Source: an uncultured Actinomycetes bacterium (lineage in GTDB: Bacteria > Actinomycetota > Thermoleophilia > UBA2241). Taken from it: a DNA stretch of 64,000 nucleotides. How positions within the stretch are numbered: position 1 is the stretch's first letter; every line of letters begins with the position of its first letter. Made by a program: the position numbers and the translations under genes. Positions 9,459 to 18,545 of the stretch are shown one piece after another. Location of the stretch: assembly GCA_963709345.1 (NCBI GenBank), contig CAVPVX010000007.1:256001-320000 (forward strand), in the 5' to 3' direction. The notes under the pieces are model-generated. The model had not been told where the DNA came from, made no database searches, and saw only the letters and a program-made list of their open reading frames with translations.

Positions 9459-10232
9459 ATGCCCGACACGACGGCCGGCATGCCGGCCTCTCTTCAGGTC
9501 TACCGGTACAGAGCCGGCGCCGCGCGCGTCGAGGCCGTGGTCGGCGAGATGGAGCCGGATCTCCCCCACGAAGACCTTGTCGCGCATGCCACGGAGGCGA
9601 TGACGCAGGGCACCTTCATGTGCTACGCCGTACCGCAGAGAGACGATTTCGTCGCCGACGAGATCTGCTTCATCCCCCAGGGCGACCGCTGCGACATCCT
9701 CAGCATCAAGACCAACGGCTGGCAGCGCCACCACGGCGATCACCGTCGAAGCCTCGTGGAGATCCTCAACAACATGGCCGCGGCCGTCGCCTGCGGCAAG
9801 CTCCGCATACTCGACGAAGACGAGCTCCGCGTCGAAGTGGAGCGGGGGGAGCCGGCGCTCCACTTCGACATCGACAGAACGGCCGACCTCCAGACGGCCC
9901 GGGAGGCCGTCGACGCGCTGCTGCAGGAGGCGGGTCTCGACGACATCAACCGGCAGCGCACGATCCTCTGCATCTCAGAGGCCGTGACCAACATGCTGCT
10001 GCACGGCGGCGGTCACGGCTCCATGACACTACGCACGCTCGACGACCGCCTCCGGATAGTGGTGGCCGACTCGGGTCCCGGCCTCAACTTCCTGAACTGG
10101 ATCGACCCGCCCTCCAAAGGCGGTCAGGCGTCGATGGGCTACGGCTACAAGATCATCCTCGACTACCTCGACGCCGTCGGCCTGCGCACGACCCCGGTGG
10201 GAACTACGTTACTATTGGACCGCACGATCTAA
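9459..10232 (+). CDS. RsbW-like anti-sigma factor/Ser kinase (HATPase_c_2) with extra N-terminal domain
   Basis: ISEAVTNMLLHG (N box), VADSGPG (G1), MGYGYKII (G2). Confidence 0.8.
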   Translation: MPDTTAGMPASLQVYRYRAGAARVEAVVGEMEPDLPHEDLVAHATEAMTQGTFMCYAVPQRDDFVADEICFIPQGDRCDILSIKTNGWQRHHGDHRRSLVEILNNMAAAVACGKLRILDEDELRVEVERGEPALHFDIDRTADLQTAREAVDALLQEAGLDDINRQRTILCISEAVTNMLLHGGGHGSMTLRTLDDRLRIVVADSGPGLNFLNWIDPPSKGGQASMGYGYKIILDYLDAVGLRTTPVGTTLLLDRTI

Positions 10233-10249
10233 CCGAAGCGGGAGATCAC

Positions 10250-10561
10250 ATGCTGCGCACATCCGTCGCCCAAGGCCCGGCGCCCACCGTCTACCTCGCC
10301 GGCGAGATGGACCTCGACTGCGCCGACGCGCTGCGTGAGGCCGTCGCCGACGCCGCGAAGGGCGCCGAGGTGGTGGCTCTCGACTTCGCGAGCGTGGAGT
10401 TCATCGACTCCTCGGGCACGGGGATCTTCGTGCGTCTGTGCCTCGACCTCAAGAGCCAAGGCACGCCGCTTGTGGCACGCAACCTCTCGCCGGCCGTGCG
10501 CGGCGTGTTCGACATGCTGCGCGTGCGCGAGCTCGTGGGCGACGAGGTCTTCCCCGGCTGA
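10250..10561 (+). CDS. STAS-domain anti-anti-sigma factor (RsbV-like)
   Basis: LAGEMD..LDFASVEFIDSSG phospho-Ser motif; 103 aa; RBS ggag. Confidence 0.9.
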   Translation: MLRTSVAQGPAPTVYLAGEMDLDCADALREAVADAAKGAEVVALDFASVEFIDSSGTGIFVRLCLDLKSQGTPLVARNLSPAVRGVFDMLRVRELVGDEVFPG

Positions 10562-10582
10562 GCGCGGAGCCGCGCTCAGCCG

Positions 10583-10879
10583 TCAGACGCGCTGCAGGGG
10601 CCCCACCCCGGCCAGCAGCACCACGGTCGCCGCGTCGACGCAGTCGCTGACACTGGCGACGCACGCGTCCCCGCTCAGGCGGTCTCCGTCACGAGTCACC
10701 ATCGTGAACGCCATCGACGACCCGGCCGCAAGATGCTCACGGAACTCATCCGGATCTGACGGGGATTCGATTCGCAAGCACCACGACGCCATCGTGCTCC
10801 CCTCACTCTGCAGGCGCGCACGGAAGAAGCCGAGTTCGCGGCGGTCGTGACTGACTCTGAGCAGTCGCCGCGCGTCCAT
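10583..10879 (-). CDS. Hypothetical protein (98 aa)
   Basis: ATG ORF filling the gap downstream of the 10906-11361 gene; no recognised motif. Confidence 0.45.
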   Translation of the reverse strand: MDARRLLRVSHDRRELGFFRARLQSEGSTMASWCLRIESPSDPDEFREHLAAGSSMAFTMVTRDGDRLSGDACVASVSDCVDAATVVLLAGVGPLQRV

Positions 10880-10905
10880 CTACCCGCGCTTCGCGAAGAC
10901 GAGGT

Positions 10906-11361
10906 TCACCGCGCCTCGGGGTGCAGCTCGTCTTCTTCCTCGCGAAGGACGGCCTCGAAGGCGACGGCGTCACGAGACGGCTCGGCGTCCTCGTCCGCTT
11001 CGGTGACGGTCGCGCCGTCGTCCGCGATCGCGACGACCCGTTCCTCGGGCGGCCGCCGGTCCGCGAAGACCCGTTCGCCGGCCTTTGAGACAAGCACGGG
11101 CGCCGAGAAGCCGAGCAGGAGAATGCTCACGAAGACGACCACGGCGAGCCAGAACCACGAGAACGCCAGCGCCGCCACCACGGCGGCGACCACGCACACG
11201 GCCACGGCGCACACGAGGACCCAGACGGCGCCGCCGGAAAGGCGGCGCACCAGGCCGTCGGTCACGCGCGTGCCGACGAAGACGACGACCATGAAGACCG
11301 CCCAGAGAACGAGAAGCGCCGGAGCGGCGACGGAGAACGCGCTCTGTTCAGCGGCGATCAT
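10906..11361 (-). CDS. Membrane protein (3 TM, acidic tail)
   Basis: Three long hydrophobic segments followed by a D/E-rich C-terminus. Confidence 0.65.
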   Translation of the reverse strand: MIAAEQSAFSVAAPALLVLWAVFMVVVFVGTRVTDGLVRRLSGGAVWVLVCAVAVCVVAAVVAALAFSWFWLAVVVFVSILLLGFSAPVLVSKAGERVFADRRPPEERVVAIADDGATVTEADEDAEPSRDAVAFEAVLREEEDELHPEAR

Positions 11362-11543
11362 GAAGAGGCGTTCGCGCCGGGACGGCGCGTCCCTGCATGC
11401 CGTGGTGAGCCGCGCAGAGGCCGCCGGGTGAAGTCGGTGAGCACGCCCTCAAGGCGTGAGAGTATCGGCCCACGCGGGAGGCTCGCGTGAGACGCGAGCG
11501 ATGACCGCTCGGGTGGCCGTCTCACCGACAGATGGAGGAGCTC

Positions 11544-12089
11544 ATGGCGCGGACGTGGCTTTCGATCCAAGTCGACCTGGTGCAGGGGCATGGCCGGCAC
11601 CTCTGGCCGCGGCCGGGGCGGATCTTCGCCGCCGCCCGCTCCCATACGTTCGCGCAGCTCGCCGAGGCGATCGACGACGCGTTCGCGCGCTGGGATCGCG
11701 CCCACCTCCATGAGTTCAGCCTCGCCGATGGGACGCGCCTCACGACGCCGTACGAGGACTGGGAGGAACTCGGCCCGGTGATCGACGATCGCGCGACCAA
11801 GCTCAGCCGGCTCCAGCCGGGCGAGCAGTTCGTCTATGTATTCGACTTCGGCGACGACTGGGCTCACCTCTGCACGGTCGGCGACAGACGTATCGACCCT
11901 CTCGAGATGGTCGGGATCGTGCCCCGTGAGCCTCTCCCATATTGGGGCTGGGGCGACATCCCCGACCAGTACCGACGCCGCTGGGATGGGGACGACGGAG
12001 AGTCGGACCCGCCGCAGGATCCCGGACTCTCCGATCTGCCCGCACTGCAGCCATGGTGGGGAGTCGAGGGACCCAAACACAAGCGCTGA
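11544..12089 (+). CDS. pRiA4b ORF-3 / IS1096 passenger TnpR-like protein
   Basis: TFAQLAEAIDDAFARWDRAHLHEF and FVYVFDFGDDWAH motifs; RBS ggagga. Confidence 0.8.
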   Translation: MARTWLSIQVDLVQGHGRHLWPRPGRIFAAARSHTFAQLAEAIDDAFARWDRAHLHEFSLADGTRLTTPYEDWEELGPVIDDRATKLSRLQPGEQFVYVFDFGDDWAHLCTVGDRRIDPLEMVGIVPREPLPYWGWGDIPDQYRRRWDGDDGESDPPQDPGLSDLPALQPWWGVEGPKHKR

Positions 12090-12204
12090 CGCAAGCTGCC
12101 GGCTCACCCTGAGAGGAATGCCAGGTCCGTCAAGGCCGTGAATGAGCGCATCCGCTCCATCCGCTTCGCTGCTGCTCGGCCCTCCCATGCGGCGCAGGCG
12201 CTGC

Positions 12205-12285
12205 TCCGGAGCCAGGCGCAGCGCCGTCTCGGCGGTCACGCGGCGCTTGCGCAGGACGATGGAGACGCTCGTCCTCGGCGGATGG
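12205..12285 (-). pseudogene. HigA-type antitoxin remnant
   Basis: IVLRKRRVTAETALRLA matches the HigA IvxGkrxiTaetAlRLa signature; no start or N-terminal part found. Confidence 0.45.
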
Positions 12286-12441
12286 TCGGGGTCATGGGTC
12301 TGGGGAGTCCTTGCCGTCATCTTCGCGATCGTCGGCGTGGTCATCAACCTCATCCGCAAGGGAACGTTCCGCGATCTCCAGGCGACGGTCGGCGGCTGGT
12401 CATCGCTCCGCTCATGCCGCCGCCGATCCGCGAGGATCGCG

Positions 12442-13154
12442 TCACCCGAGGGCACGCCGACGGCGCTGCGGACGCTGCTGCTTCGTGTGAAAGGTGGGCA
12501 CGTTCTGGCTCGAAGCCGGAACGATGCCCGGCCGCGGGTCCGCTTGCCTTCCACAGGGCGCTTGCGGCCCAACGAAGGGCAGACCGAGAGCCGCCATTCT
12601 GCCGAAGACGGTGTCGTATCGCCCGGCCCAATGCTTGCTGCTCCGCTCACCGTATCCGTGGTAGATGTTGAGGTCGCCCGCCGCGATGACGCGATGCCCG
12701 CGCTCGCTCCCGACGAAGACCGAGAGGTCGGAGATGAGGCGGTGGACCGAGCCATCGGCGTAGATCCAGTTGCTGTGCGTCGTGCTGTGAGGCCTCTCCC
12801 AGGCTGCATACATGGACACGACCACAAGGGGGTCGCCCTCACGCGGCGTCACCAGCGCAGCGGCCAAGGTCCCCGACCGGCTCACCGCAAGGTCGCCCCC
12901 GTTGGCCTCGTCCACCGTCGAAGACTCAAGCCATGCCACCTGGACGCGGTCGGTCAACTTCACGACCGCGGTCCGCCAATGTCGTCTTCCCACGCCGGCG
13001 GTTCTCCAGGGGGCGGGATCGACCCCGACGCGTCGGGCAACGTCGCCAGCGGTTCGCAGGCCTCCTGTAGCAGGGCGATGTCGGCGTCAGTCTCGAGAAG
13101 CCGACGCCACGCCTCGTGCCGCTGAGCGATGTTCCAGGTGATGATCTTCATCAT
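12442..13154 (-). pseudogene. Endonuclease/exonuclease/phosphatase (EEP) family gene, frameshifted (~13050) and apparently 3'-truncated
   Basis: MKIITWNI, DIALLQEA in one frame; VIAAGDLN and PTF in the next; final LDY/SDH motifs not seen. Confidence 0.75.
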
Positions 13155-13195
13155 GCTCCTCGCAGCCGCCGAGGCGAATGGTGTTGCCTCACCGA

Positions 13196-13687
13196 CTAGC
13201 CTCTTTGTCCGTGGGCCGATCGGCCCTCGCTCACGCCACGCATGAACTCCATGACCGCCGGCCAGTCCGGGAACCGCGACGAGCCGAAGTGGATGAACCC
13301 GTCGCCGAACGCGTCGGCGCCGTTGTTCGGCCGGTTGTCGATCATGAAGTCGCCGCGGTTGAGGTCCTTGTGATGGCTCAGGATGAGCCGCTTGTGCGCG
13401 GCCTCGCCGAGGTGCCTCTGGATCCACCTCACTTTGTCCGACCAAGCCGACGGGTTCTTCCAGGGCGCGGTGGAGAGTACGTAGGTGTCGAATCTCTCCG
13501 CCAACTCCAGATAGGCGTCGATGGCGCCCGGCATCGGGCCCATCAGCGCGAAGATGCCGGGGATCTCGTCTGCGTTGTCTGCGAACTTGTCCTGCGTCTC
13601 GGCCGCGACGCGCTCCAGTCCGGACGCGAAGTCGACGAGCACGCCGTCCATGTCGACGTAGACGATCTTCTTCTTGCGTTCCTCCAT
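13196..13687 (-). CDS. 5'(3')-deoxyribonucleotidase (NT5C/HAD family)
   Basis: VYVDMDGVLVDF, LSTAPW, KVRWI, KDLNRGDFMIDN. Confidence 0.88.
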   Translation of the reverse strand: MEERKKKIVYVDMDGVLVDFASGLERVAAETQDKFADNADEIPGIFALMGPMPGAIDAYLELAERFDTYVLSTAPWKNPSAWSDKVRWIQRHLGEAAHKRLILSHHKDLNRGDFMIDNRPNNGADAFGDGFIHFGSSRFPDWPAVMEFMRGVSEGRSAHGQRG

Positions 13688-13788
13688 CGGCGCACCTTCC
13701 TGTCGGAGTTCTCTCAAAGCGGCTTCGAGCCGCCGGCGTCAGACTCGGCTGGCTCCCTTGTTCTCGCCGCTGGCATCAGGTGATCCGC

Positions 13789-14928
13789 TCAGGCAGAGCC
13801 GTACTGATCCAGCAGAGCGACGACCTCCGCGCGACCACGCATCTCGGCCATGTCCCTCGGCGTGTAGCCCTGCGCCTCGGGGGCCGGAGCGGCGCCTCGC
13901 TCAAGCAAAAAGCGCACAAGCTCGACGTGCCCAAGCTCGGCGGCGCGGTGCAGCGAGGTGAAGCCGCGGTCGTCACGGGCGTCAACGTCGGCGCCGTGCA
14001 CGGCCAGGAAGTCCACCTTCTCGAGGCTACCGTCTTGCACCGCGAACATCAGCGGGGTCGCGCCCTGCTCCGACTGGGCGTCAACCGGAGAGCCGAGTTC
14101 GAGGAGCAAGGCCATCATCGTCGCATCAGGCACGGCAGTGGCCCAGTGTAGCGGCGTGAGGCCGTCGGGCGCCAGGAGGTCGACGGGCACCCCGGCCGAC
14201 ACCTGAGCCTCGACCCCGGCGGCGTCGCACTCGGCGACGGCGATGTGCAGCAGCGAGTACGTGCGCAGCGGCACATCGGGATCCTGCAGGGGCACGGGAT
14301 GCGGCGTGGCGAACGACGCGCGATTGCCGAACATCGCGAAGCACCACATCGCCGCCCTGCCGGGATCCGCCTCGAGGCCCGGCGCAAGCGGAGCCGGATA
14401 CTCGCCGCGAAGCGCGTGACTCCTGAGCAGGAAGTCGAGCACGCGGCACGTCAGTTCCGGCGCCTCGTCCTCGGACGTGAACGTCCCGCGGACCGAGACC
14501 ACTGCGACGCGGTCCGCGCGCTGTTCGAGCTGTGCGATCGCGGCGACGCGCCGCTTCCATCCGCGCACGAAAAGGATCTGCCCGCCGTGGCAGAAGAGCG
14601 CCCACTTGTGTTCCATCGCCTCTGGAGTGAAGAGCACGCCGTCGGCAAGGAGACGGTCGACAGGGTAGCTGAGCTCGACCGGAACGACGCTCGTCACCGC
14701 CGGCTCCTCTCCGATGAAGCCGGCGCCGTCATCTCCCCGATAGGACACCGCGTTCGCCGCGCACTGCTGGTCGGTCGTGGTCGACATCACCGTCTGCGTG
14801 AGCGGCCGGACGTCGATGACCGGGACGCCCCACGGGTTGCGGTCGGCGTCGACCCACCCGATGTCGGAGAACTGGGAGAGGTCGGCCTCTTCGCCGGACC
14901 CTCCCGGACCGCCGCCGATCCCGGTCAC
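13789..14928 (-). CDS. Ankyrin-repeat protein with unknown N-terminal domain
   Basis: DGLTPLHWA, QGATPLMFA, RGFTSLHRAA, QGYTPRDMA ankyrin repeats; GTG overlapping upstream stop, RBS ggagga. Confidence 0.82.
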   Translation of the reverse strand: MTGIGGGPGGSGEEADLSQFSDIGWVDADRNPWGVPVIDVRPLTQTVMSTTTDQQCAANAVSYRGDDGAGFIGEEPAVTSVVPVELSYPVDRLLADGVLFTPEAMEHKWALFCHGGQILFVRGWKRRVAAIAQLEQRADRVAVVSVRGTFTSEDEAPELTCRVLDFLLRSHALRGEYPAPLAPGLEADPGRAAMWCFAMFGNRASFATPHPVPLQDPDVPLRTYSLLHIAVAECDAAGVEAQVSAGVPVDLLAPDGLTPLHWATAVPDATMMALLLELGSPVDAQSEQGATPLMFAVQDGSLEKVDFLAVHGADVDARDDRGFTSLHRAAELGHVELVRFLLERGAAPAPEAQGYTPRDMAEMRGRAEVVALLDQYGSA

Positions 14929-15209
14929 GTCTCCTCCTCCCCGGCTGATCCGTCGTCCACGGGCAGCAGCCGCTCGAAGAACGCGACGGCGTGCATCATC
15001 TCGTCCATGTCGAAGACCAGGTGCGGCCGGGCGAGATAGCCGACCTGTTCGGCCAGCGGACCCTTCACGATCACCGACGCGGGCGACGTCAGCCAACTCG
15101 TCTCCCGCTCGATGAAGTCCTTGAAAGCCAGGACCTGCGGCTTTCTCGGACCGAGCAGGTCGAAGAGGGCGCCGTACATCGCGTCCAGGTTGTCGAGCGT
15201 CAGGGTCAT
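14925..15209 (-). pseudogene. Short chimeric ORF: N-terminus of an HD-type hydrolase joined to an unrelated tail
   Basis: ETSWLTSPAS resembles the start of the WLtaPAStrfH motif but the following His residues are absent. Confidence 0.4.
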
Positions 15210-16457
15210 GTGAGCGTCTTCGCGTGGTCGAGGAGCCTCACCACGTCCCGCCACTCGGGGTCGTCGTCACCGAGCTCGTCCACTTCGTCTGGGATGAGAT
15301 ACGCGACGGCGGGGCCCTTCTTGTCGTAGGGCTTCTCACCGTCCAGCCAGCGAGCGTTTGGGCCCTTGTAGCCGGCAAGCGACGCGACCGGGATCTCTCG
15401 AAGGGCCGTCGCCGGCTGCCCGTCGGTGCGCCGCTTGAGCACCAGGCCGATACCGCCTGGCTGGGGGTGGATCTGAGCGATGTTCATCTTCCTGGCGTAG
15501 CTGAGGTTCACGTACTGCGACTTGCGGCCGCGCTCCTCGAAGCCGCCGATCCGGACTATCCGATTGGCGAACGCGGCGCGATCTCCGAAGACCTCCTCGA
15601 TCGTCGCGCTCGGCTGCCACGCCGCGGCCCAGCCTTGGGTTCCTGACGGCGACGCCGACTCCCGCGGAGATGTCGCCGCGCGCGGCCGCGCCGGCGCGCG
15701 CGAGGCCGTGCGCAGATCTGACACGGCCTCGAGCCCGAGCGCCCCAAGCTGCTCGATGAGCGCCGTTTGCACGGCCGCATCGTTGGACGAGACGTGGTGC
15801 GCGCCATCGGCCGAGTACCCGACGAAGATCACGACCAGCCTCTTGCCGGCCGGCAAGTGCAGTTCCTGGCAGATCTCGAGCGCTCGCGAGATGGTCGTCG
15901 CTCCTCGCGTCCCTCGGGAGTCGTAGAACTCGACCGCCCATCCCTGCTGGAGGTCGTGCAGGGCGAGCTCGCGATACAGCTTGGAGACGTCACTCGTCCC
16001 CGTCAGCGTCCCAACACTGTGGTCCACCATCTCCGGGTCGATTACCTTGTCGAACGGCTTGTTCTTGCCGAGCTCGAACGCGAACAGGGCGGTCAGTCGT
16101 TCCGCACACCTGTCCTCAAGATCGCACGACGGAGCGGGCGGTCGGGCCAGGGCAAGGTCGAAACGGGCGCCCTCGCGCCGTCTCGCCGCCGCTGATGTAC
16201 TTCGCCACTGTGTAGTGCTCGGACTGCAGGAGTAGCGTGGGATAGCCCGTCCGCGGATCGTCGTCGTCGAGGCGATCTCCGCCATTCACGTGAAGGCGTG
16301 CGTAGAGGTAGTCGCGAATGCCCGTGTCCCCGTGAAAGCCGAACGGATGAGTCAGCAGCTTCGCGACGGTCTCCAACACGGAGGCCATGGTGATCTGTTC
16401 GCAGAAGCTCTCGAAGTCGGCGTCATCCGCCGCTTGGTTTTGGCCGTCGTCAGTCAT
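15206..16457 (-). CDS. Hypothetical protein with PD-(D/E)xK-like nuclease motif; one +1 frameshift at ~16171
   Basis: ORFs 16116-16457 and 15206-16285 join at GGETARG/ARFDLAL; SEHY..RFDLAL..AFELGKNK pattern. Confidence 0.55.
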
Positions 16458-16579
16458 TGCGCGTGTCCCAAGCCGTTCCTGGTCGGGGTGTTCGATCCCG
16501 GGTCATCGTATGGGCACCTTAGCAGGGGCCTCGGACGGAGGCCTCACGAGCTGCGTGCTGCCGGCGCACGAGACTCCGG

Positions 16580-16918
16580 TCAGGCTCCCAGGATCTCGTT
16601 CAGGCCCTCGATCACCCGCGCGACCTCCTCCGGTGAGACGGCCCCGAGCTTGCGGCCGATGCGGTGCACCGAGAGCGTGCGGATCTGGCTGATCTTGATC
16701 CACGCCGGCTTGGGAAGCTGCGCGGGGCCCACCTCCAGAGTCAGGGGGAAGCCGGCTCGCGGAGGCTGAGTCGTCAACGCCACCGCGATCACCGTGCCTG
16801 AGCGCTCGTTGAAGACGTCGGCGCTCAGGATGAGGACGGGCCGCCGGCCCGCCTGCTCGTGCCCGCGCGTCGGGCTCAGATCCGCCCAGCGGACCTCGCC
16901 CCTCAGTAGTCTGGCCAC
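16580..16918 (-). CDS. mazF: MazF/PemK family endoribonuclease toxin
   Basis: [38 protein letters not shown]. Confidence 0.93.
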   Translation of the reverse strand: MARLLRGEVRWADLSPTRGHEQAGRRPVLILSADVFNERSGTVIAVALTTQPPRAGFPLTLEVGPAQLPKPAWIKISQIRTLSVHRIGRKLGAVSPEEVARVIEGLNEILGA

Positions 16919-17145
16919 TCGGCCAGCTCCCCACTCATGCCTTCCTCGGCGAGAGCCTGCTCGAGGCCCGGGTCGAGCTTCGCACACTCCTGCGCCAGGC
17001 GACTGTGAGCCAATCGCGAGAGCTTCTCGTCCAAGGCTTCCTGGATGGCCTGGCTACGATTGGGAAAGCGGTGCTCGGACACCAGCCTGTCAAGCGCGCC
17101 GAGCGTCTCTTCGTCGATCGTGATGGCGATCTTGGCTCGTCCCAT
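16903..17145 (-). CDS. Ribbon-helix-helix (CopG-type) antitoxin
   Basis: [28 protein letters not shown]; overlaps toxin start; RBS ggaggt. Confidence 0.9.
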   Translation of the reverse strand: MGRAKIAITIDEETLGALDRLVSEHRFPNRSQAIQEALDEKLSRLAHSRLAQECAKLDPGLEQALAEEGMSGELAEWPDY

Positions 17146-17158
17146 GAGGTACCTCCGA

Positions 17159-17177
17159 GTATGATGATATATCATAC
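17159..17177. promoter_or_regulatory. Palindromic operator of the TA operon
   Basis: GTATGAT-gatat-ATCATAC immediately upstream of the antitoxin RBS. Confidence 0.65.
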
Positions 17178-17443
17178 CCGCTGCGCTTTCAAGGGACCGC
17201 TGAAGCGCGACCTCTCCACCGTCATGTTCATCCGTTCGGTCCATGCGGCCTGGAGCCTAGCCGGAGTCGCCATACGGCACGACGATGACAATCAGGCAGC
17301 AGCGGTGACGTTCTGCGCCTAATCACCCCTGGCGGCAAGCGAACCGAGCAACAGCGGACTGGGCTGGTCGGAGGGGAAGGCGCAGCACAGTGATGGCGCG
17401 CGCCGCGAAGCGCTCTTGCACAGGACACCCGGCCGTCGTCGAT

Positions 17444-17660
17444 CTACAGCTCGACGCCCGCCCGCAGCTTACGGATCACGTCCTTGAAGGTTTCCAGGTT
17501 CTCGCCGACGGCCGTCAGCGGGACGTTCGGCTCGTAGAGCGGCCACCGGTGACTTGGGCGAAGGACTGCGAGGCGCGTTTCAGCACCGCCAGCTGGCGCT
17601 CGCGCACGCTGGTGTGCAAAGCCAGCTCGGCCTTCAGCGCCTTGGCGCTGCCAAACATGC
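17444..17660 (-). pseudogene. Gene fragment abutting the tRNA 3' end
   Basis: Coding-like stretches in two frames (KALKAELALHTSVRERQLAVL / PLYEPNVPLTAVGENLETFKDVIRKLRAGVEL*). Confidence 0.3.
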
Positions 17661-17678
17661 TGGATGTCGAGGGAATTG

Positions 17679-17754
17679 TGGTGGCGAGGGTCAGAATTGA
17701 ACTGACGACACCACGATTTTCAGTCGTGTGCTCTACCAACTGAGCTACCTCGCC
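17679..17754 (-). tRNA. tRNA-Phe (GAA)
   Basis: GGCGAGGTAGCTCAGTTGGTAGAGCACACGACTGAAAATCGTGGTGTCGTCAGTTCAATTCTGACCCTCGCCACCA; 76-nt cloverleaf with encoded CCA. Confidence 0.97.
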
Positions 17755-17788
17755 ACCGGAAGAAAGAAGCGCTCGAAAGAGCCTCGCC

Positions 17789-17817
17789 ATGCTACCCGTG
17801 AGCCTGCGGGTGGTCAA
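17789..17817 (-). promoter_or_regulatory. sigma-70-type promoter of tRNA-Phe
   Basis: TTGACC-N17-TAGCAT on the minus strand. Confidence 0.65.
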
Positions 17818-17828
17818 CCGGGCCGGCC

Positions 17829-18542
17829 TCAGCCATCCGAGGTATCCAGCTCGGAGTCGAGCTGCACCTGGTCGGCCTCATCGTCGGGGAGGAAGACCTT
17901 GATGAGCTCCCGCTCCTTGCCCGGCTCCAGGAGGCACAGAACGTAGTCGCCGGGCAAGATCTCCGTGGAACCTCTGACCAGGAGGGCGTGGCCGGCACGG
18001 ACGATGGCCGCGAGCAGCACGCCGACGGGCAAGGCGATGTCCTGCACGTACGTGTTCGCGAAGGGGGAGTTCTCGCTGACCTCGAGCTCCACCAGCTCGA
18101 CGTTCTGCTTGCGCAACGAGAGCAGGTGCACGAACTTGTGCACCGGCAACTCGTGCATGATCAGATTGAGCATGGCCGTCGTCGCGCACACCGTCGACTC
18201 GACGCCCAGCAGATCGAAGCTCGGCTGGTTGAAGGGGTTGTTCACGCGGGCGACGATCTTGGGTACCCCGAACTTGAGCTTCGCGACCTGCGAGATGATG
18301 ATGTTGTCCTCGTCGTCACCCGTGACCGCGACGATCATGTCGCAGCGGCCGATCCCGGCCTTCTCGAGGACCCAGATCTCGGTGCCGTCGCCAAAGACGA
18401 GCGACTCCTCCAGCAGCTCCTCCTCGATGAGGTCGTAGCGCGTCTTGCGCTGCTCGACCAGGACGATCTCGTGGCCCAGCTTGCGCAGTTGCCGCGCCGT
18501 GTTCAGCCCGACCTTGCCGCCTCCTACGATGAGCACGAACAT
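17829..18542 (-). CDS. trkA: TrkA/KtrA-type K+ uptake regulatory protein (RCK_N + RCK_C)
   Basis: IVGGGKVG, GDGTE, AVTGDDEDN, VARVNNP; C-terminal RCK_C. Confidence 0.9.
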   Translation of the reverse strand: MFVLIVGGGKVGLNTARQLRKLGHEIVLVEQRKTRYDLIEEELLEESLVFGDGTEIWVLEKAGIGRCDMIVAVTGDDEDNIIISQVAKLKFGVPKIVARVNNPFNQPSFDLLGVESTVCATTAMLNLIMHELPVHKFVHLLSLRKQNVELVELEVSENSPFANTYVQDIALPVGVLLAAIVRAGHALLVRGSTEILPGDYVLCLLEPGKERELIKVFLPDDEADQVQLDSELDTSDG

Positions 18543-18545
18543 CGC

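Noticed and set aside
10583-17300. Integron cassette array
   Set aside because: No attC-like RYYYAAC..GTTRRRY palindromes between genes and no integrase seen
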